A stretch of DNA of 64,000 nt, taken from contig JAFQCA010000010.1 of NCBI GenBank assembly GCA_017399485.1, positions 47,478 to 111,477 of the forward strand. The letters run 5' to 3'. Below, piece by piece: positions 1 to 10,820 of this stretch; position 1 is the first letter of the stretch; the number at the start of each line of letters is the position of its first letter. The notes under the pieces were generated by a model. It made no database searches and was not told the DNA's origin. It saw only the letters and a list, made by a program, of their open reading frames with translations. A program made the position numbers and the translations under genes. The DNA comes from Alistipes sp. (GTDB lineage Bacteria; Bacteroidota; Bacteroidia; Bacteroidales; Rikenellaceae).

Positions 1-354
1 GTAACCTTTATCCTTATTATAGGTCGAGACATAGGCATCGAGTTGGCTGGCCAAAGGAGCCCCCATAGCGGCCTTTGTATATAACAACTTGCGACGAGAA
101 TAGTCCCAATATGTAATGGTCGCAGGCTTGAAATTCTCAACCAGCAACGATGTCTCATAAGAACGAGGCACAATAGTATAGTCGATATCGGGATACATCT
201 TAACCGTATCGGTCATATCGGGAATGATGGCCAACTTCTGCGCCGTCTTGACTGTCGGCGTATAATCTTTTGATACCTCGACCTGCTTGGATACCTGCGC
301 CGAAACAGCAACGGGCAGGCAGAGCATTAGACAACTATATAAAAACTTTCTCAT
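1..354 (-). CDS. N-terminal part of a TonB-dependent-receptor-like outer membrane protein (runs off the window)
   Basis: Not in the ORF track. Manual translation from ATG 354 gives MRKFLYSCLMLCLPVAVSAQVSKQVEVSKDYTPTVKTAQKLAIIPDMTDTVK..., open to position 1. It has a signal peptide and a VEVxKxYxPTV-type N-terminus, and starts 3 nt after the TPR gene stop. This TPR/receptor pairing is typical of Bacteroidota. Confidence 0.7.
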   Translation of the reverse strand, partial: MRKFLYSCLMLCLPVAVSAQVSKQVEVSKDYTPTVKTAQKLAIIPDMTDTVKMYPDIDYTIVPRSYETSLLVENFKPATITYWDYSRRKLLYTKAAMGAPLASQLDAYVSTYNKDKGY

Positions 355-357
355 AGG

Positions 358-3300
358 TTAATTCAATTTTGCGATTTTCTCCTTAGCCTCGGCTACTATG
401 CCGTCATCGGCAGGCGAGTAACCATCGACTACACTCTGATATGTGGCGCGAGCCTGAAATGCATCATTACGAGCCGCATAGATATCACCCAACAGGATAA
501 ATGATTTGGCAAGCCAATAATTATGGGGTGTCTTACTATCCGAGAAATCGTAAATCATCTTTTCGGCCTGGTCATAGCGATTTGCCTTAAACTCGGCCTC
601 GATAAGACGATAACGACCTTCGGCGCCCTCGGCACTCTTGACCTCTTTGCTCAAGAGTTCGAATACCTCCAAAGCCTCACTATCCTTACCAGCACGTTGC
701 AAGACTTGTGCTTTGGCATAGCGCGCCTTACGGCGGGCAACATCGTTTATTTCGGTCATCTTCTCCACATCATCAGCCATAGCCATAATCTGCTCATCGG
801 AAGCATATTTAAGCGATGAAGAGACATATCCCGAAGCAGCATTAATCCTTGTCTTTGAGACTTTCGACACATCGTACAGCGAGCGGAAAGCCGTTGCGGC
901 CTGCTCCCAGCGTTCAGCATCGTAGCATAGCGACGAGAGTTTTTCTAAAGCGCGCTCGGAGTATTGGCTCTGGCCTTGCGCTGCGAGTTGTGAGAGACTC
1001 TCGATAGCCTCGTCTGTCTTTTTATCGCGGATGTAACAATCACTCAAGAAGAAGAGTGCATCGTTGCGGTAATAACCCTTCGGATAGTTATTCAAATATG
1101 CCAAGAAAGATGCCGATGCCTCCTGTGTCTTATTATCGAGATATAGTTTCTGAGCGGCAACATACGACATCGAATCACGCTCCATCTGCGACACATTGCC
1201 CTCAAGGCCATACTGCTGTGCATAATCAAAATAGGCATCGGCATTACCTCGCTCGATATAAATCTCGCGAATACCCTGCATAGCACTCTTAGACTGTGAT
1301 GATTGAGGCGAAGCCTTAACGACCATATCGTAGTATTGCAGTGCCTTATCCTTTTGGCCCAAGTTCATATAAGCCAAACCCAAATCCGACAGAGCCTGCG
1401 AATGATAGGTCGAATTGGGATATTGGCCTATAAACTGCTCCAACACCTTGACACCTTTATCATACTGTTCGTCGGCAATATAGGTACGGCCCAACTCATA
1501 AGTAGCGGCATCGACATAATCACCCCTATCGGCACGCACGATACGTAGCAAGGAATTAATCTTATCCTCGCGCTTATTCTGCACACCGAGAGTGATGGCG
1601 CGCTGATATTCGGCATAATACTTCTCGGAGGTATTGATGTCAATGGCATCTTCATAGCACTTGATAGCCGCATCGAAACGACGTGACGAGTAGTGGACAT
1701 CGCCCACACGATTTAGCGCATCTGCACGGAATGAATCACGGCGTGAGCGAGAGTTCAGGAATTTCAAGAAAGCCTCTCCTGCATCCTCTAACTCTTCGTT
1801 ATTAAAATGGCAATAACCAACATTATATTGCGCCATCAAAGCCTCCTCACTGCCTCGCGGGGCACGAGTCAAGAAATTGCGATAGCGTTGCAAGGCACTA
1901 CGGCTATCACCGCGGGCATAGGCAATTTCACCCAACCAGAACGATGCCAACGCACTATATTTAGCGTTTGAACTTGACGACAAAGACTCCTTAAACGATG
2001 CCTCTGCGGTATCCAACTCACCTTGAGAATAAGATTGCAAGCCATTGAAATAGGCTATCTTCTGCAAAGCGAGCAACTCTTCGTTATTAGGCGAGGAGAT
2101 ACTCTTGATGGCATCATAGGCCTCAGCGTAATTTTTCGAGTTGTAATATGCCGCAATAAGCAGTGTTCGCGCCTCGCCGACACGCTCCGACGAAGGATAC
2201 TTCTCAATATAACGCGTCAAAACATTTATAGCCTCATTAAAGACGCCACCACCCAACTCATATTGCAACTTACCGTAATTGAAGAGTGCATCCTCGGCAA
2301 TATCGGCATCGTAGCCATCAGAAGAAGCCATTGCAAAAGAGTAAAGAGCATTTCTTTTATCACCCAAGCGCAGATAACAATCAGCCAAATGATACGATGC
2401 GTTCTGCGTCAGCATATCATCGGCACCCGCTACCGCACGCAGAGACTCGGCTGCCTCGGCATAAAGCGTCTGACGATAGAGCGAGTAACCCATAATATAG
2501 TTCTCGACACGCCCCATCTCACCGCCACGAGCCTTATAAGCATTCATATATTTTACGGATGCAGAATAATCATCGAGTTGAAACCACGACTCTGACATAA
2601 TACGTTCAATCTGCATAGCCTGCTCGTCTGTTGTCTGGCTCAACAACGCATCGCCCTTGCTTACCACAGCACGATAATCGCCCGCCTTGAAATCAATCTG
2701 CATCACATAGAAAGGCATTAAATCGCGATACATAGCACTATTAAGCAGAGCATTGAAGCCATTGCGAGCCTCATCCAAACGGCCACCAGCATAAGCCATA
2801 TAGGATTTGTAATAGGTAGCGTGGTCGGCATAATCGCCCTTACCGACTATCTTACCCAGATACTCTTCGGCTTTAGGATAATCGCCCTGCTTGAAGGCCA
2901 TATATCCCATACGCAGATTGTACTTATCCTTGCGCTGTGGGTCAAGACGCTCGTAATGCACCTTAGAGAGTTGCTCGGCAGCCTTCTCATCATCCTGCTG
3001 CATACAGTAATAAGCACCCAAAGCGAACTGCACATCGTTGGCATTGTGTGAGCCGTGATATTCGGCAAGATAACGCTTCAAACGCGACTCCATATCCTTA
3101 CGTTTGAGTTCGACATCACACAAGGCAAGATAGTAATCTATCTGCTCGATTGCGATGCGGTCACGAACCGTAGATAGCGACTTACGGACCTCGCTCAATT
3201 CACTCCTTGCTTCAGTCCAATGGCCAAAATTATACAACGATATACCTCGTTGAATCTGCTCATCGGCACTACGCGTCTGTGCCCACGACGAGCCGACTCC

Positions 3301-3363
3301 GCCCAACGTAAGCAACGCTGCAAATATCAGTATCTTTCTACGCATATTATTACAAACTTTCAA
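358..3363 (-). CDS. Large secreted tetratricopeptide-repeat protein
   Basis: 1001 aa with a signal peptide and many TPR-like helical repeats (e.g. ALFNYGKLQYELG, ATYELGRTYIADEQYDKGVKVLEQFIGQYPNS). Confidence 0.9.
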   Translation of the reverse strand: MKVCNNMRRKILIFAALLTLGGVGSSWAQTRSADEQIQRGISLYNFGHWTEARSELSEVRKSLSTVRDRIAIEQIDYYLALCDVELKRKDMESRLKRYLAEYHGSHNANDVQFALGAYYCMQQDDEKAAEQLSKVHYERLDPQRKDKYNLRMGYMAFKQGDYPKAEEYLGKIVGKGDYADHATYYKSYMAYAGGRLDEARNGFNALLNSAMYRDLMPFYVMQIDFKAGDYRAVVSKGDALLSQTTDEQAMQIERIMSESWFQLDDYSASVKYMNAYKARGGEMGRVENYIMGYSLYRQTLYAEAAESLRAVAGADDMLTQNASYHLADCYLRLGDKRNALYSFAMASSDGYDADIAEDALFNYGKLQYELGGGVFNEAINVLTRYIEKYPSSERVGEARTLLIAAYYNSKNYAEAYDAIKSISSPNNEELLALQKIAYFNGLQSYSQGELDTAEASFKESLSSSSNAKYSALASFWLGEIAYARGDSRSALQRYRNFLTRAPRGSEEALMAQYNVGYCHFNNEELEDAGEAFLKFLNSRSRRDSFRADALNRVGDVHYSSRRFDAAIKCYEDAIDINTSEKYYAEYQRAITLGVQNKREDKINSLLRIVRADRGDYVDAATYELGRTYIADEQYDKGVKVLEQFIGQYPNSTYHSQALSDLGLAYMNLGQKDKALQYYDMVVKASPQSSQSKSAMQGIREIYIERGNADAYFDYAQQYGLEGNVSQMERDSMSYVAAQKLYLDNKTQEASASFLAYLNNYPKGYYRNDALFFLSDCYIRDKKTDEAIESLSQLAAQGQSQYSERALEKLSSLCYDAERWEQAATAFRSLYDVSKVSKTRINAASGYVSSSLKYASDEQIMAMADDVEKMTEINDVARRKARYAKAQVLQRAGKDSEALEVFELLSKEVKSAEGAEGRYRLIEAEFKANRYDQAEKMIYDFSDSKTPHNYWLAKSFILLGDIYAARNDAFQARATYQSVVDGYSPADDGIVAEAKEKIAKLN

Positions 3364-3519
3364 TAGCGTTTATTAGCATTTTATCAATTTACAAAGATAA
3401 CTATTTTGATGTAATTGCACAATAACGGAACGATTATTGTCGCCCGATTATTGTACTTTGAAGGGTAACTCCTGAACATTTTGGAGTCACTCAATTATAA
3501 ATCATCAAAAAAATTGCTT

Positions 3520-3930
3520 ATGAACAACACTCAGAAAGTTTCCGTAGAGTTGAAAAACGGAAAATTCAGGCTCTCCAATTCGGCTAAAATCGAAGATTTG
3601 AATCCGAAGGCATTGATTATCTGCGCAGCGGCAGAGTGCGCAGGCTACACAATAATGCACATTCTGCGCAAAGACAATGTAGTGCCCAAAAGTCTGGAGA
3701 TTACCGTCGAAGGCACACTCGACACACCGACACTCGCGCCCGAAAGCCAATATGTGGGATTTAACGTACGTTACAATATCGACTGCAAGAGTCTGGCCGA
3801 CCAGAACACGATAAGCAGCGCTGTAAGACAAGCACAAGAGTATCAGTGTGGTGTAATAGCGATGCTACGTCGTATTGCACCCGTAAGTCACGATATTGCA
3901 ATCGTAAGCACCGAAACGGTAAAAATCTAA
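3520..3930 (+). CDS. OsmC/Ohr-like protein
   Basis: NPKALIICAAAECAGYT followed by a later YQCGV gives the two-Cys OsmC-type pattern. ATG at 3520 is preferred over TTG at 3481. Confidence 0.75.
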   Translation: MNNTQKVSVELKNGKFRLSNSAKIEDLNPKALIICAAAECAGYTIMHILRKDNVVPKSLEITVEGTLDTPTLAPESQYVGFNVRYNIDCKSLADQNTISSAVRQAQEYQCGVIAMLRRIAPVSHDIAIVSTETVKI

Positions 3931-5198
3931 TCTTCAGCCGTCAATCGCATATATGCCGACACCGCCACCGCATAGTTAAAACGTGCGGTGATGGCGTTGG
4001 TGTAGATTTGTATCCAACTAATTTGCGCCTGCAAGACATCAAGGACTGTCGCCTGTCCCTCCTGATAGGAGTAGGTGCTTATCGAGAGATTCTCGCCCGC
4101 TATTTGCAGATTCTTGAGCGACGACTGCATTTGCGAGTAACTATTATTAAGCGCACTCCAGCCATCGGCCTCCTCCTGCAACATATCATCCAAGGCATTC
4201 TCCAAATTATTTTCGGCTATACGTTCATCAGCACGCGCTCTGGCTACAGCATAACGTCTTTCGCCCCAATGAAAAATAGGTACCGAAAGCGATATAACGG
4301 CAGCGCCATCAACATAAGTCTTATTCGACAGATTAGGGGTAAAAGTATGCCACGAGCCGCTCACATTGGCGCTTATGGTGGGATTGTAGGCCGAGCGGGC
4401 AATCTTAGTACCCCATTGAGCCGAACGAATGGCAAGTTCGGCCATCTGAATATCGGGGCGACGAAGAGCCAACTCTTCGACTGTAACTCTACGAGGCATA
4501 GGTATTGAGTCAATAATCGACTCCAGCAATATAACATCCCCCGATTGAGCCGAACTGCGCAGATTGTTAAAACTATGCAACGCTACATCGTAATTATTCT
4601 GTAGCGTAAGTTGCGAATATTCGGCATCGCTCAATCGAGCCTCAACCTGCAACATATCGCCTTTGGCGACATACCCTTCGGCAAAACGCTCCTGAACAAC
4701 ACGATACAGGGACTTGATGATTGACACATATTCATCGGTTGCGGCCTTATAGAGTTGTTGGGCCGAGAGATTCCAATAGGCATAATCGGCGGCATAGCGC
4801 ATATAGAGCATAACGGCCTGCTCGTTGTATTGAGAAGACTCATAACCCGTCATCGCCTGATTGAAAGCGGCCCGTATCGCCCCACCACCATAGATGGTTT
4901 GAGATATGCTCGGTTGCATAGCAAAGCCCCAGAATTTATCACCTTCAGCAGAGCGACGCAACGCGCTCTTTAATGAACCCGAAGCAGATAGTGACGGAAG
5001 AAAAGAGGTCCGCTCTTGACGCATCGTGGAGTAAGACTGTTCCTTAATGGCTGCAGCATTGGCTAATTCAGGGCTGGCGGCATATACACTTTGGCGATAC
5101 TCGGCCAATGTGATTTGCGAATAGGTGGGGATTGCCAAACACAGTGCCGTTACGAATACAGCAAGACGCAAGATAGGCGTATTGGATAAGTTATTCAT
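3927..5198 (-). CDS. TolC-family outer membrane efflux protein
   Basis: Two OEP-like repeats and a C-terminal YQEGQATVLDVLQAQ motif. Lies downstream of the RND and MFP genes. Confidence 0.9.
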   Translation of the reverse strand: MNNLSNTPILRLAVFVTALCLAIPTYSQITLAEYRQSVYAASPELANAAAIKEQSYSTMRQERTSFLPSLSASGSLKSALRRSAEGDKFWGFAMQPSISQTIYGGGAIRAAFNQAMTGYESSQYNEQAVMLYMRYAADYAYWNLSAQQLYKAATDEYVSIIKSLYRVVQERFAEGYVAKGDMLQVEARLSDAEYSQLTLQNNYDVALHSFNNLRSSAQSGDVILLESIIDSIPMPRRVTVEELALRRPDIQMAELAIRSAQWGTKIARSAYNPTISANVSGSWHTFTPNLSNKTYVDGAAVISLSVPIFHWGERRYAVARARADERIAENNLENALDDMLQEEADGWSALNNSYSQMQSSLKNLQIAGENLSISTYSYQEGQATVLDVLQAQISWIQIYTNAITARFNYAVAVSAYMRLTAED

Positions 5199-5203
5199 AA
5201 TGT

Positions 5204-8200
5204 TTAATTTTTGACGGTAAATCTAATCTTATAAAACAGCGCATAGACAACAGGCAAGACACACATAGTCAATATTGTCGCCACGAACAACCCGCCCATA
5301 ATTGTAGCGGCCATACCCGCAAACAGCGAATCAAAAAGCAATGGGATAAGCGCCAATATTGTTGTTACAGATGCCAATACAACGGGAACAAGGCGTCGTT
5401 TGGCCGCTCTAACAATAGCCTCTGCAGGCGGCACTCCCTCAGCGCGTAACTCATTGATTGCAGAGAGCAGTATAACAGCATTTTTAATATTCATTCCCAC
5501 CAGACCGATAAGCCCCAGCAAAGAGAAGAAATCGAAACTATTGCCCGTAATAATCAGCCCGCCAGCAACACCAATAAAAATAAGCGGAGTCATAAGCAGA
5601 ATCACTATCGGGTCCCGATAGTTACCAAACAGCAACAACAAGACTATAAATATCAGCACCAACGCCAGAGGCATATTTGCTGCGAGTGCGGCATTAGACT
5701 CCTCTTGCGACTCCTGCTCTCCGAATATCTTGAGAGTATAGCCATCGGGGATGGTTACCTCTTTACTTACTTGGCGCAACAAATCATCAAACAGACGTTG
5801 CGTATTGACACCTTCGGCAGGGTCACACTGCGCCTTCATAACGCGCTGACGATTGTACTGTCCGACGATAGCCGTAGAGTAGTCGAAATCGAAACGGCTA
5901 CTCGCCTGCTCGATGGAATATACATTACCGCCCTGAGAGAATATAGGCAAGGATTGCAGGTTGGAGAGATTACGGCCTGCAATGTCGTCATCCTTGAGTA
6001 GTATAGGAATAAACTCATCATCGCGCCGTAATTCACCCATACGGAAACCTTGTGTAGCAAGATTAATCCATTCGACCATACGGCTTCGGCTAACCCCGAT
6101 ACGTTGACCCTTGATTTGGGAATATACGGGCATCCACGTCGGGACACGATTACTCCAAGAGTTGCGAACATTGACAGCCCTCGCGTCACGCCACATCAGG
6201 CTCATAACCTGCTGCGTAAGGTTGAGCAACGTATCAACATTATCACCCAAGAAGCCGATTTCGATTGTCGCGTCGGGAACGGGAGATAGTTTGAAAAGCG
6301 ATGAACGTAACCATACATCGGGACAAGAGTCGGCCACGAATCTATCAAATTGCGACTTGACATCATCGGTCAGCCGCTTACTCTTAACTTCGACCAATAT
6401 ATTTCCATAGTTGGGACGCGAGGAGTAACTGCTGCTGGCAAGATAATAGCGTGGTGGAGTACCACCAGCCGTTGTTGATACACGTTTTACATCGGGATGC
6501 TTAAGCAACCAACTGCTCATAGCGTCTAAATTCTGTTGCGTTGCCCCTATATCATAGCCCTCCGGGAGAATAACATCGGCTCGGAAATAGGGTTTATCCA
6601 ACTGCGGAAAGAAGTTGTGCGGCATATAACGCATCGCCACGATGGATAGCGAGAGCAAAACAACTGAGCAAAAAACAACCGTCCAACGATGCATCAACAT
6701 TCGGCGCAGAAGGCGCTCAAACCACCCGAAAGGTTGTTGCAATCGCGCAGAAGATGATGTAGACAACATATAAACGCCAAACAGAGGTACTTGCGTCATT
6801 GCCAACGCCCAACTAAGCAAAAGCGACAATGCGATAACCACAAACAACGGTTTAATAATTTCAGCCACAGCCGATGGGGCAAGATAGAGAGGCAAGAACG
6901 AGAGTATAGCGATTAAGGTTGCACCCAGCAGACCCCACTTCGGGCCATCGGCACCTCGTATTAATCCATCACGTAACGGAAGACCTGCCACAAGCGATTT
7001 TTGAGTATTATCAGTAACGACAATCGCATTATCGACAAGCATACCCATAGCGATGATAAAGCCCGCAAGTGAGGTACGATTAATTCCCTCCCCGGTAAGA
7101 TACATCAAGAGCATCGTACCACCTACGGTAAAAAGCAACGAAGAACCTATCAATGAGCCACTACGCAACCCCATAGCCAACATTATGACAAGGATAACGA
7201 TAATGAGCGACTCGGCCAAATTGAGCATAAACGATAGATTGGCCTGTCGCGCTATCTCATCTTCGGGATATAGCGACGACAACTCTATTCCGACAGGCAT
7301 ATCCGACGTAAGCGCAGCCAAGACGCTCTTTACCTCGCGACCAACCGCCACGACATCGGCTTGAGAAGAGGTAGATATACCAATACCTATGGCCGGGCGA
7401 CCATCAACGTACATCAAAGTTGCAGGAGGTGTAAGATAATCAAACTCGATACGGGCAATATCGCCCAAACGGAATTGGCGGCCATCGGAGGCTATAAGCA
7501 ACTGATTGGCAATATCATCTATCGTGGCATACACACCCGTTTCAAGGATTCGCACAGAGAGTTCTCCTGCCGTCACTTGACCACTATTGACAACCGCATT
7601 CTGCTGCGATATCATAGCCACAATCATATCGGGAGTGATGGAGAAATTGGCGAGCGTCGAGCGCGTAATATAGAGATTTATGACAGGTTTCTGCTCGCCG
7701 AAAAGCGTCACTTTCTCGACACCCTCAACGGTAACTACCCTTCGTTTAATCTCTTGTGCCCAATCTCGCAAATCCTGCCACGCAAAACCCTCATCGGCTG
7801 ATAAACCATAATACAGACCATATACATCCCCGAAATCGTCATTCACCACAATAGGTCCTGCGCCCGAAGGTAGTTGCGGTTGCATATTCATCACCTTACG
7901 GCGCAACTCATCCCATAACTGCGGTATCTGCTCGGCACGTGTCGAAGACTCCAACTCGACAACTACCTTCGAAAGACCGTAATATGATTCCGACGTTACC
8001 TTCTTGACTCTGCGCATCGACTGTATCTCGCGCGACAAAGGCTCCGACACAAGGCGCTCCACCTCATAAGGCGTAGCACCTTCGTATGCGCACGTCACAA
8101 CAGCACTCTTTAACACAAAGGTGGAGTCCTCCTTCTTACCCATTTGCAAAAAGGACCATACACCACCCACTATAAATAGTGCCAAAACAAACCATACCAC

Positions 8201-8236
8201 GCTACGATTACGTAACACATATTCGGGGATAGACAT
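5204..8236 (-). CDS. RND efflux permease (AcrB/AcrD/AcrF family)
   Basis: 1010 aa with GMLVDNAIVV, GMNIKNAVIL and RRLVPVVLASVTT motifs and a 12-TM layout. Confidence 0.93.
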   Translation of the reverse strand: MSIPEYVLRNRSVVWFVLALFIVGGVWSFLQMGKKEDSTFVLKSAVVTCAYEGATPYEVERLVSEPLSREIQSMRRVKKVTSESYYGLSKVVVELESSTRAEQIPQLWDELRRKVMNMQPQLPSGAGPIVVNDDFGDVYGLYYGLSADEGFAWQDLRDWAQEIKRRVVTVEGVEKVTLFGEQKPVINLYITRSTLANFSITPDMIVAMISQQNAVVNSGQVTAGELSVRILETGVYATIDDIANQLLIASDGRQFRLGDIARIEFDYLTPPATLMYVDGRPAIGIGISTSSQADVVAVGREVKSVLAALTSDMPVGIELSSLYPEDEIARQANLSFMLNLAESLIIVILVIMLAMGLRSGSLIGSSLLFTVGGTMLLMYLTGEGINRTSLAGFIIAMGMLVDNAIVVTDNTQKSLVAGLPLRDGLIRGADGPKWGLLGATLIAILSFLPLYLAPSAVAEIIKPLFVVIALSLLLSWALAMTQVPLFGVYMLSTSSSARLQQPFGWFERLLRRMLMHRWTVVFCSVVLLSLSIVAMRYMPHNFFPQLDKPYFRADVILPEGYDIGATQQNLDAMSSWLLKHPDVKRVSTTAGGTPPRYYLASSSYSSRPNYGNILVEVKSKRLTDDVKSQFDRFVADSCPDVWLRSSLFKLSPVPDATIEIGFLGDNVDTLLNLTQQVMSLMWRDARAVNVRNSWSNRVPTWMPVYSQIKGQRIGVSRSRMVEWINLATQGFRMGELRRDDEFIPILLKDDDIAGRNLSNLQSLPIFSQGGNVYSIEQASSRFDFDYSTAIVGQYNRQRVMKAQCDPAEGVNTQRLFDDLLRQVSKEVTIPDGYTLKIFGEQESQEESNAALAANMPLALVLIFIVLLLLFGNYRDPIVILLMTPLIFIGVAGGLIITGNSFDFFSLLGLIGLVGMNIKNAVILLSAINELRAEGVPPAEAIVRAAKRRLVPVVLASVTTILALIPLLFDSLFAGMAATIMGGLFVATILTMCVLPVVYALFYKIRFTVKN

Positions 8237-8240
8237 AAAA

Positions 8241-9347
8241 TTACATATTTAGGATTTTCACTTGTTGTCCCTCTTGCAGGCGATAGACACCCGCAGTTAC
8301 GACCTGCTCACCTGCTGATACGCCCTGCCGTATGCTCACCATATCGCGGCCAAATATATCACCCAACTCCACACGACGACGCTCGACGGTATTGGCCGAA
8401 GTAATTACCCACACATAAGTTCCCCCCTCAGCAGGTGCATAAACCGCCGACAGAGGGATAGCCAAATCGTGCTTTGCAGAGTCCGACACCCGCAACGTTA
8501 CCTGACAAGTCATACCCGGCGAAATGCCATATCGCTCGCTATCGGCTTTGCTGATTTTCAATGCAACGGGAAAGCCTGACGCATCACTTGCAGTCTTGGC
8601 ATAGGTATCAAGACGTGCCGAGAATATCTCATCGGGGAAATTGTCGAATCGCACATAATAACGTGTTGTGGTATCCGCGAGCAAAGAGAGGCTTTTTTCG
8701 GGCATTGTGAATTCGACTGTGGTACTCATAGGATTAACCAGACGCACGATGGTTTGACCAGATTGCACACGCTGATAGGTATCGACATAGGTACGCTCAA
8801 CGACACCCGCAAAGGGGGCACGAAGACGTGTATCGGCAAGCAAAGATTGCGAATTTTCGTAGGTTGAACGTGCCTGCACAAAGGCTGCATAAGCCGACTC
8901 ATACTCCTGTTGCGACACAGCCTCGTGACTCAGAAGACGTTTCATACGCTCCTCCTGCGCTCGCGCCCGCTCATATTGCGAGAGGTCGGCAGCCACTTGC
9001 AACTCCACATCACGCGGGTCCAAACGCGAGAGTAACTCACCTTTTCTCACATAATCACCTTTGGCCACATCGACGCTCAACACCTGCCCTGATATCTTAA
9101 ATGCCAGATTTACGGCATCATCGGCGGTTGCCATACCCGCAAAATCGCGGTCAATATAATCGACTGACGTAACGTGCGTGGCCCGCACGTAGCGAGGCTT
9201 GATGCCACCCTTGTGCCTTCCCTTATCGCAGGCCGAGAACAGGAGTGACACACCGAGCGCAAGGAATAAAATAATATTTGGTCTGCACATAGAATAAAAA
9301 AATTGACTTTCGAATAACCAAAAGTCAATTTTCATACCAATCTGCAC
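8241..9347 (-). CDS. RND periplasmic adaptor (MFP) lipoprotein
   Basis: Lipobox LFSAC, lipoyl/hairpin motifs (GDYVRKGELLSRLD, LRAPFAGVV) and a C-terminal GEQVVTAG. The real start may be ATG 9290. Confidence 0.9.
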   Translation of the reverse strand: MQIGMKIDFWLFESQFFYSMCRPNIILFLALGVSLLFSACDKGRHKGGIKPRYVRATHVTSVDYIDRDFAGMATADDAVNLAFKISGQVLSVDVAKGDYVRKGELLSRLDPRDVELQVAADLSQYERARAQEERMKRLLSHEAVSQQEYESAYAAFVQARSTYENSQSLLADTRLRAPFAGVVERTYVDTYQRVQSGQTIVRLVNPMSTTVEFTMPEKSLSLLADTTTRYYVRFDNFPDEIFSARLDTYAKTASDASGFPVALKISKADSERYGISPGMTCQVTLRVSDSAKHDLAIPLSAVYAPAEGGTYVWVITSANTVERRRVELGDIFGRDMVSIRQGVSAGEQVVTAGVYRLQEGQQVKILNM

Positions 9348-9376
9348 TATGAGCAGAGTATATTTGGGCCTACTTA

Positions 9377-9844
9377 TTAGCGTATTCTATCGAGCGAGCG
9401 TACAAGCATCTCATCCTTGAAGATTGCACGCAAAGCCAAGTAATCCAAAATAAGCGCAACAATAGGGAAGATGATGGCAATACGGAAACCTTGAGTATGG
9501 AACTCCATCATCGAGAACATTCTGTTACTCAAATAGTAATATATAGCCATAAAAATCTCTGCTCCGGCCAGCAATACCAACTCAACAGCACACAGACGAA
9601 TCTGCAACATACGATTCTTGAAGCAGAAGATTGTAACCAAAGGCAATAATGTAGCCAATGCAACAATAACACCCATATACATAGTAGATTGACCTGCCTG
9701 AACAGCACCTTCGGCCTTCAACGAAAAAGCAAACAGTTCATATACTTCGGTGCCTGCAACGAAATACGCAAGCGGAGTAAACAAGGCTGCCACCATCAAA
9801 GCAACAATGCCCAGCAAATAGAGAGTTTGAACACGTTGTATCAT
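9377..9844 (-). CDS. DUF4293-family membrane protein
   Basis: MIQRVQTLYLL N-terminus, FKNRMLQIRLC, and the C-terminal AIFKDEMLVRSLDRIR typical of this family. Confidence 0.85.
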   Translation of the reverse strand: MIQRVQTLYLLGIVALMVAALFTPLAYFVAGTEVYELFAFSLKAEGAVQAGQSTMYMGVIVALATLLPLVTIFCFKNRMLQIRLCAVELVLLAGAEIFMAIYYYLSNRMFSMMEFHTQGFRIAIIFPIVALILDYLALRAIFKDEMLVRSLDRIR

Positions 9845-9851
9845 CTTAATC

Positions 9852-10811
9852 TTATAACTTTTTATCAATTAAATAACTATTTCTATCCGACGAGTTACGG
9901 TTGATGAGTTCGCCCAAAAATCCCGCCAAGAAAAGTTGCACACCCAATATTATAGCCAATATAGCCACAAAGAACAGAGGTTGTTCGGTAACGCCACGCA
10001 AAGGAAGGGCGTGGAATTGCTTATAGAGTTTATCGGCAATAATCCACACTGTCGTAACACCTCCGAGAAGGAACATTATCGTACCCAACGAGCCGAAAAA
10101 GTACATAGGAGAACGGCCAAAATGAGACATAAACGAAACGGTAATAAGGTCCAAATAACCTTTAACCATACGCTCCATACCAAACTTTGACACGCCATAC
10201 TTACGCTCTTGATGTTGAACGACCTTTTCGCCTATACGCTTAAAACCTGCGTGCTTTGCCAAGATAGGGATATAACGGTGCATCTCGCCATAGACCTCGA
10301 TGGATTTAACCACGCGACGTCGATAAGCCTTCAGTCCGCAATTAAAATCGTGGAGTTTAATACCCGACACCACGCGAGCCGTAAAGTTAAAGAATTTGCT
10401 CGGAAAGCGTTTACCCGCAGGGTCGTAGCGTTTCTTCTTCCACCCTGAGACCAAATCATAGCCCTCCTCAATAATCATTCGGCGCATAGCGGGGATTTCA
10501 TCGGGTGAGTCCTGCAAATCGGCATCCATAGTAAATACCACCTCACCCTCAGAGGCCTCAAAACCGCAATACAACGCAGCCGACTTGCCATAATTACGAG
10601 CAAAGCGAATAGCACGGATGGCGGGATATTCACCCTTCAGGCGTTCAACCTCCTCCCAAGAGCCGTCCGATGAGCCATCATCGACCATAATAATCTCATA
10701 CGTGAGATTATTTTCGCGCGCTACCCTATCAATCCACGCCGAAAGTTCGGCAAGCGACTCCACCTCGTTATAGAGAGGTACAACAACAGATATATCTAAT
10801 CTTTTACTCAT
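9852..10811 (-). CDS. GT2 polyprenyl-phosphate glycosyltransferase (DPM1/ArnC-like)
   Basis: SVVVPLYNE, DDGSSDGS, RNYGKSAAL, TMDADLQD and HDFNCGLKAY motifs, with two C-terminal TM helices. Confidence 0.9.
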   Translation of the reverse strand: MSKRLDISVVVPLYNEVESLAELSAWIDRVARENNLTYEIIMVDDGSSDGSWEEVERLKGEYPAIRAIRFARNYGKSAALYCGFEASEGEVVFTMDADLQDSPDEIPAMRRMIIEEGYDLVSGWKKKRYDPAGKRFPSKFFNFTARVVSGIKLHDFNCGLKAYRRRVVKSIEVYGEMHRYIPILAKHAGFKRIGEKVVQHQERKYGVSKFGMERMVKGYLDLITVSFMSHFGRSPMYFFGSLGTIMFLLGGVTTVWIIADKLYKQFHALPLRGVTEQPLFFVAILAIILGVQLFLAGFLGELINRNSSDRNSYLIDKKL

Positions 10812-10820
10812 AATAATTTT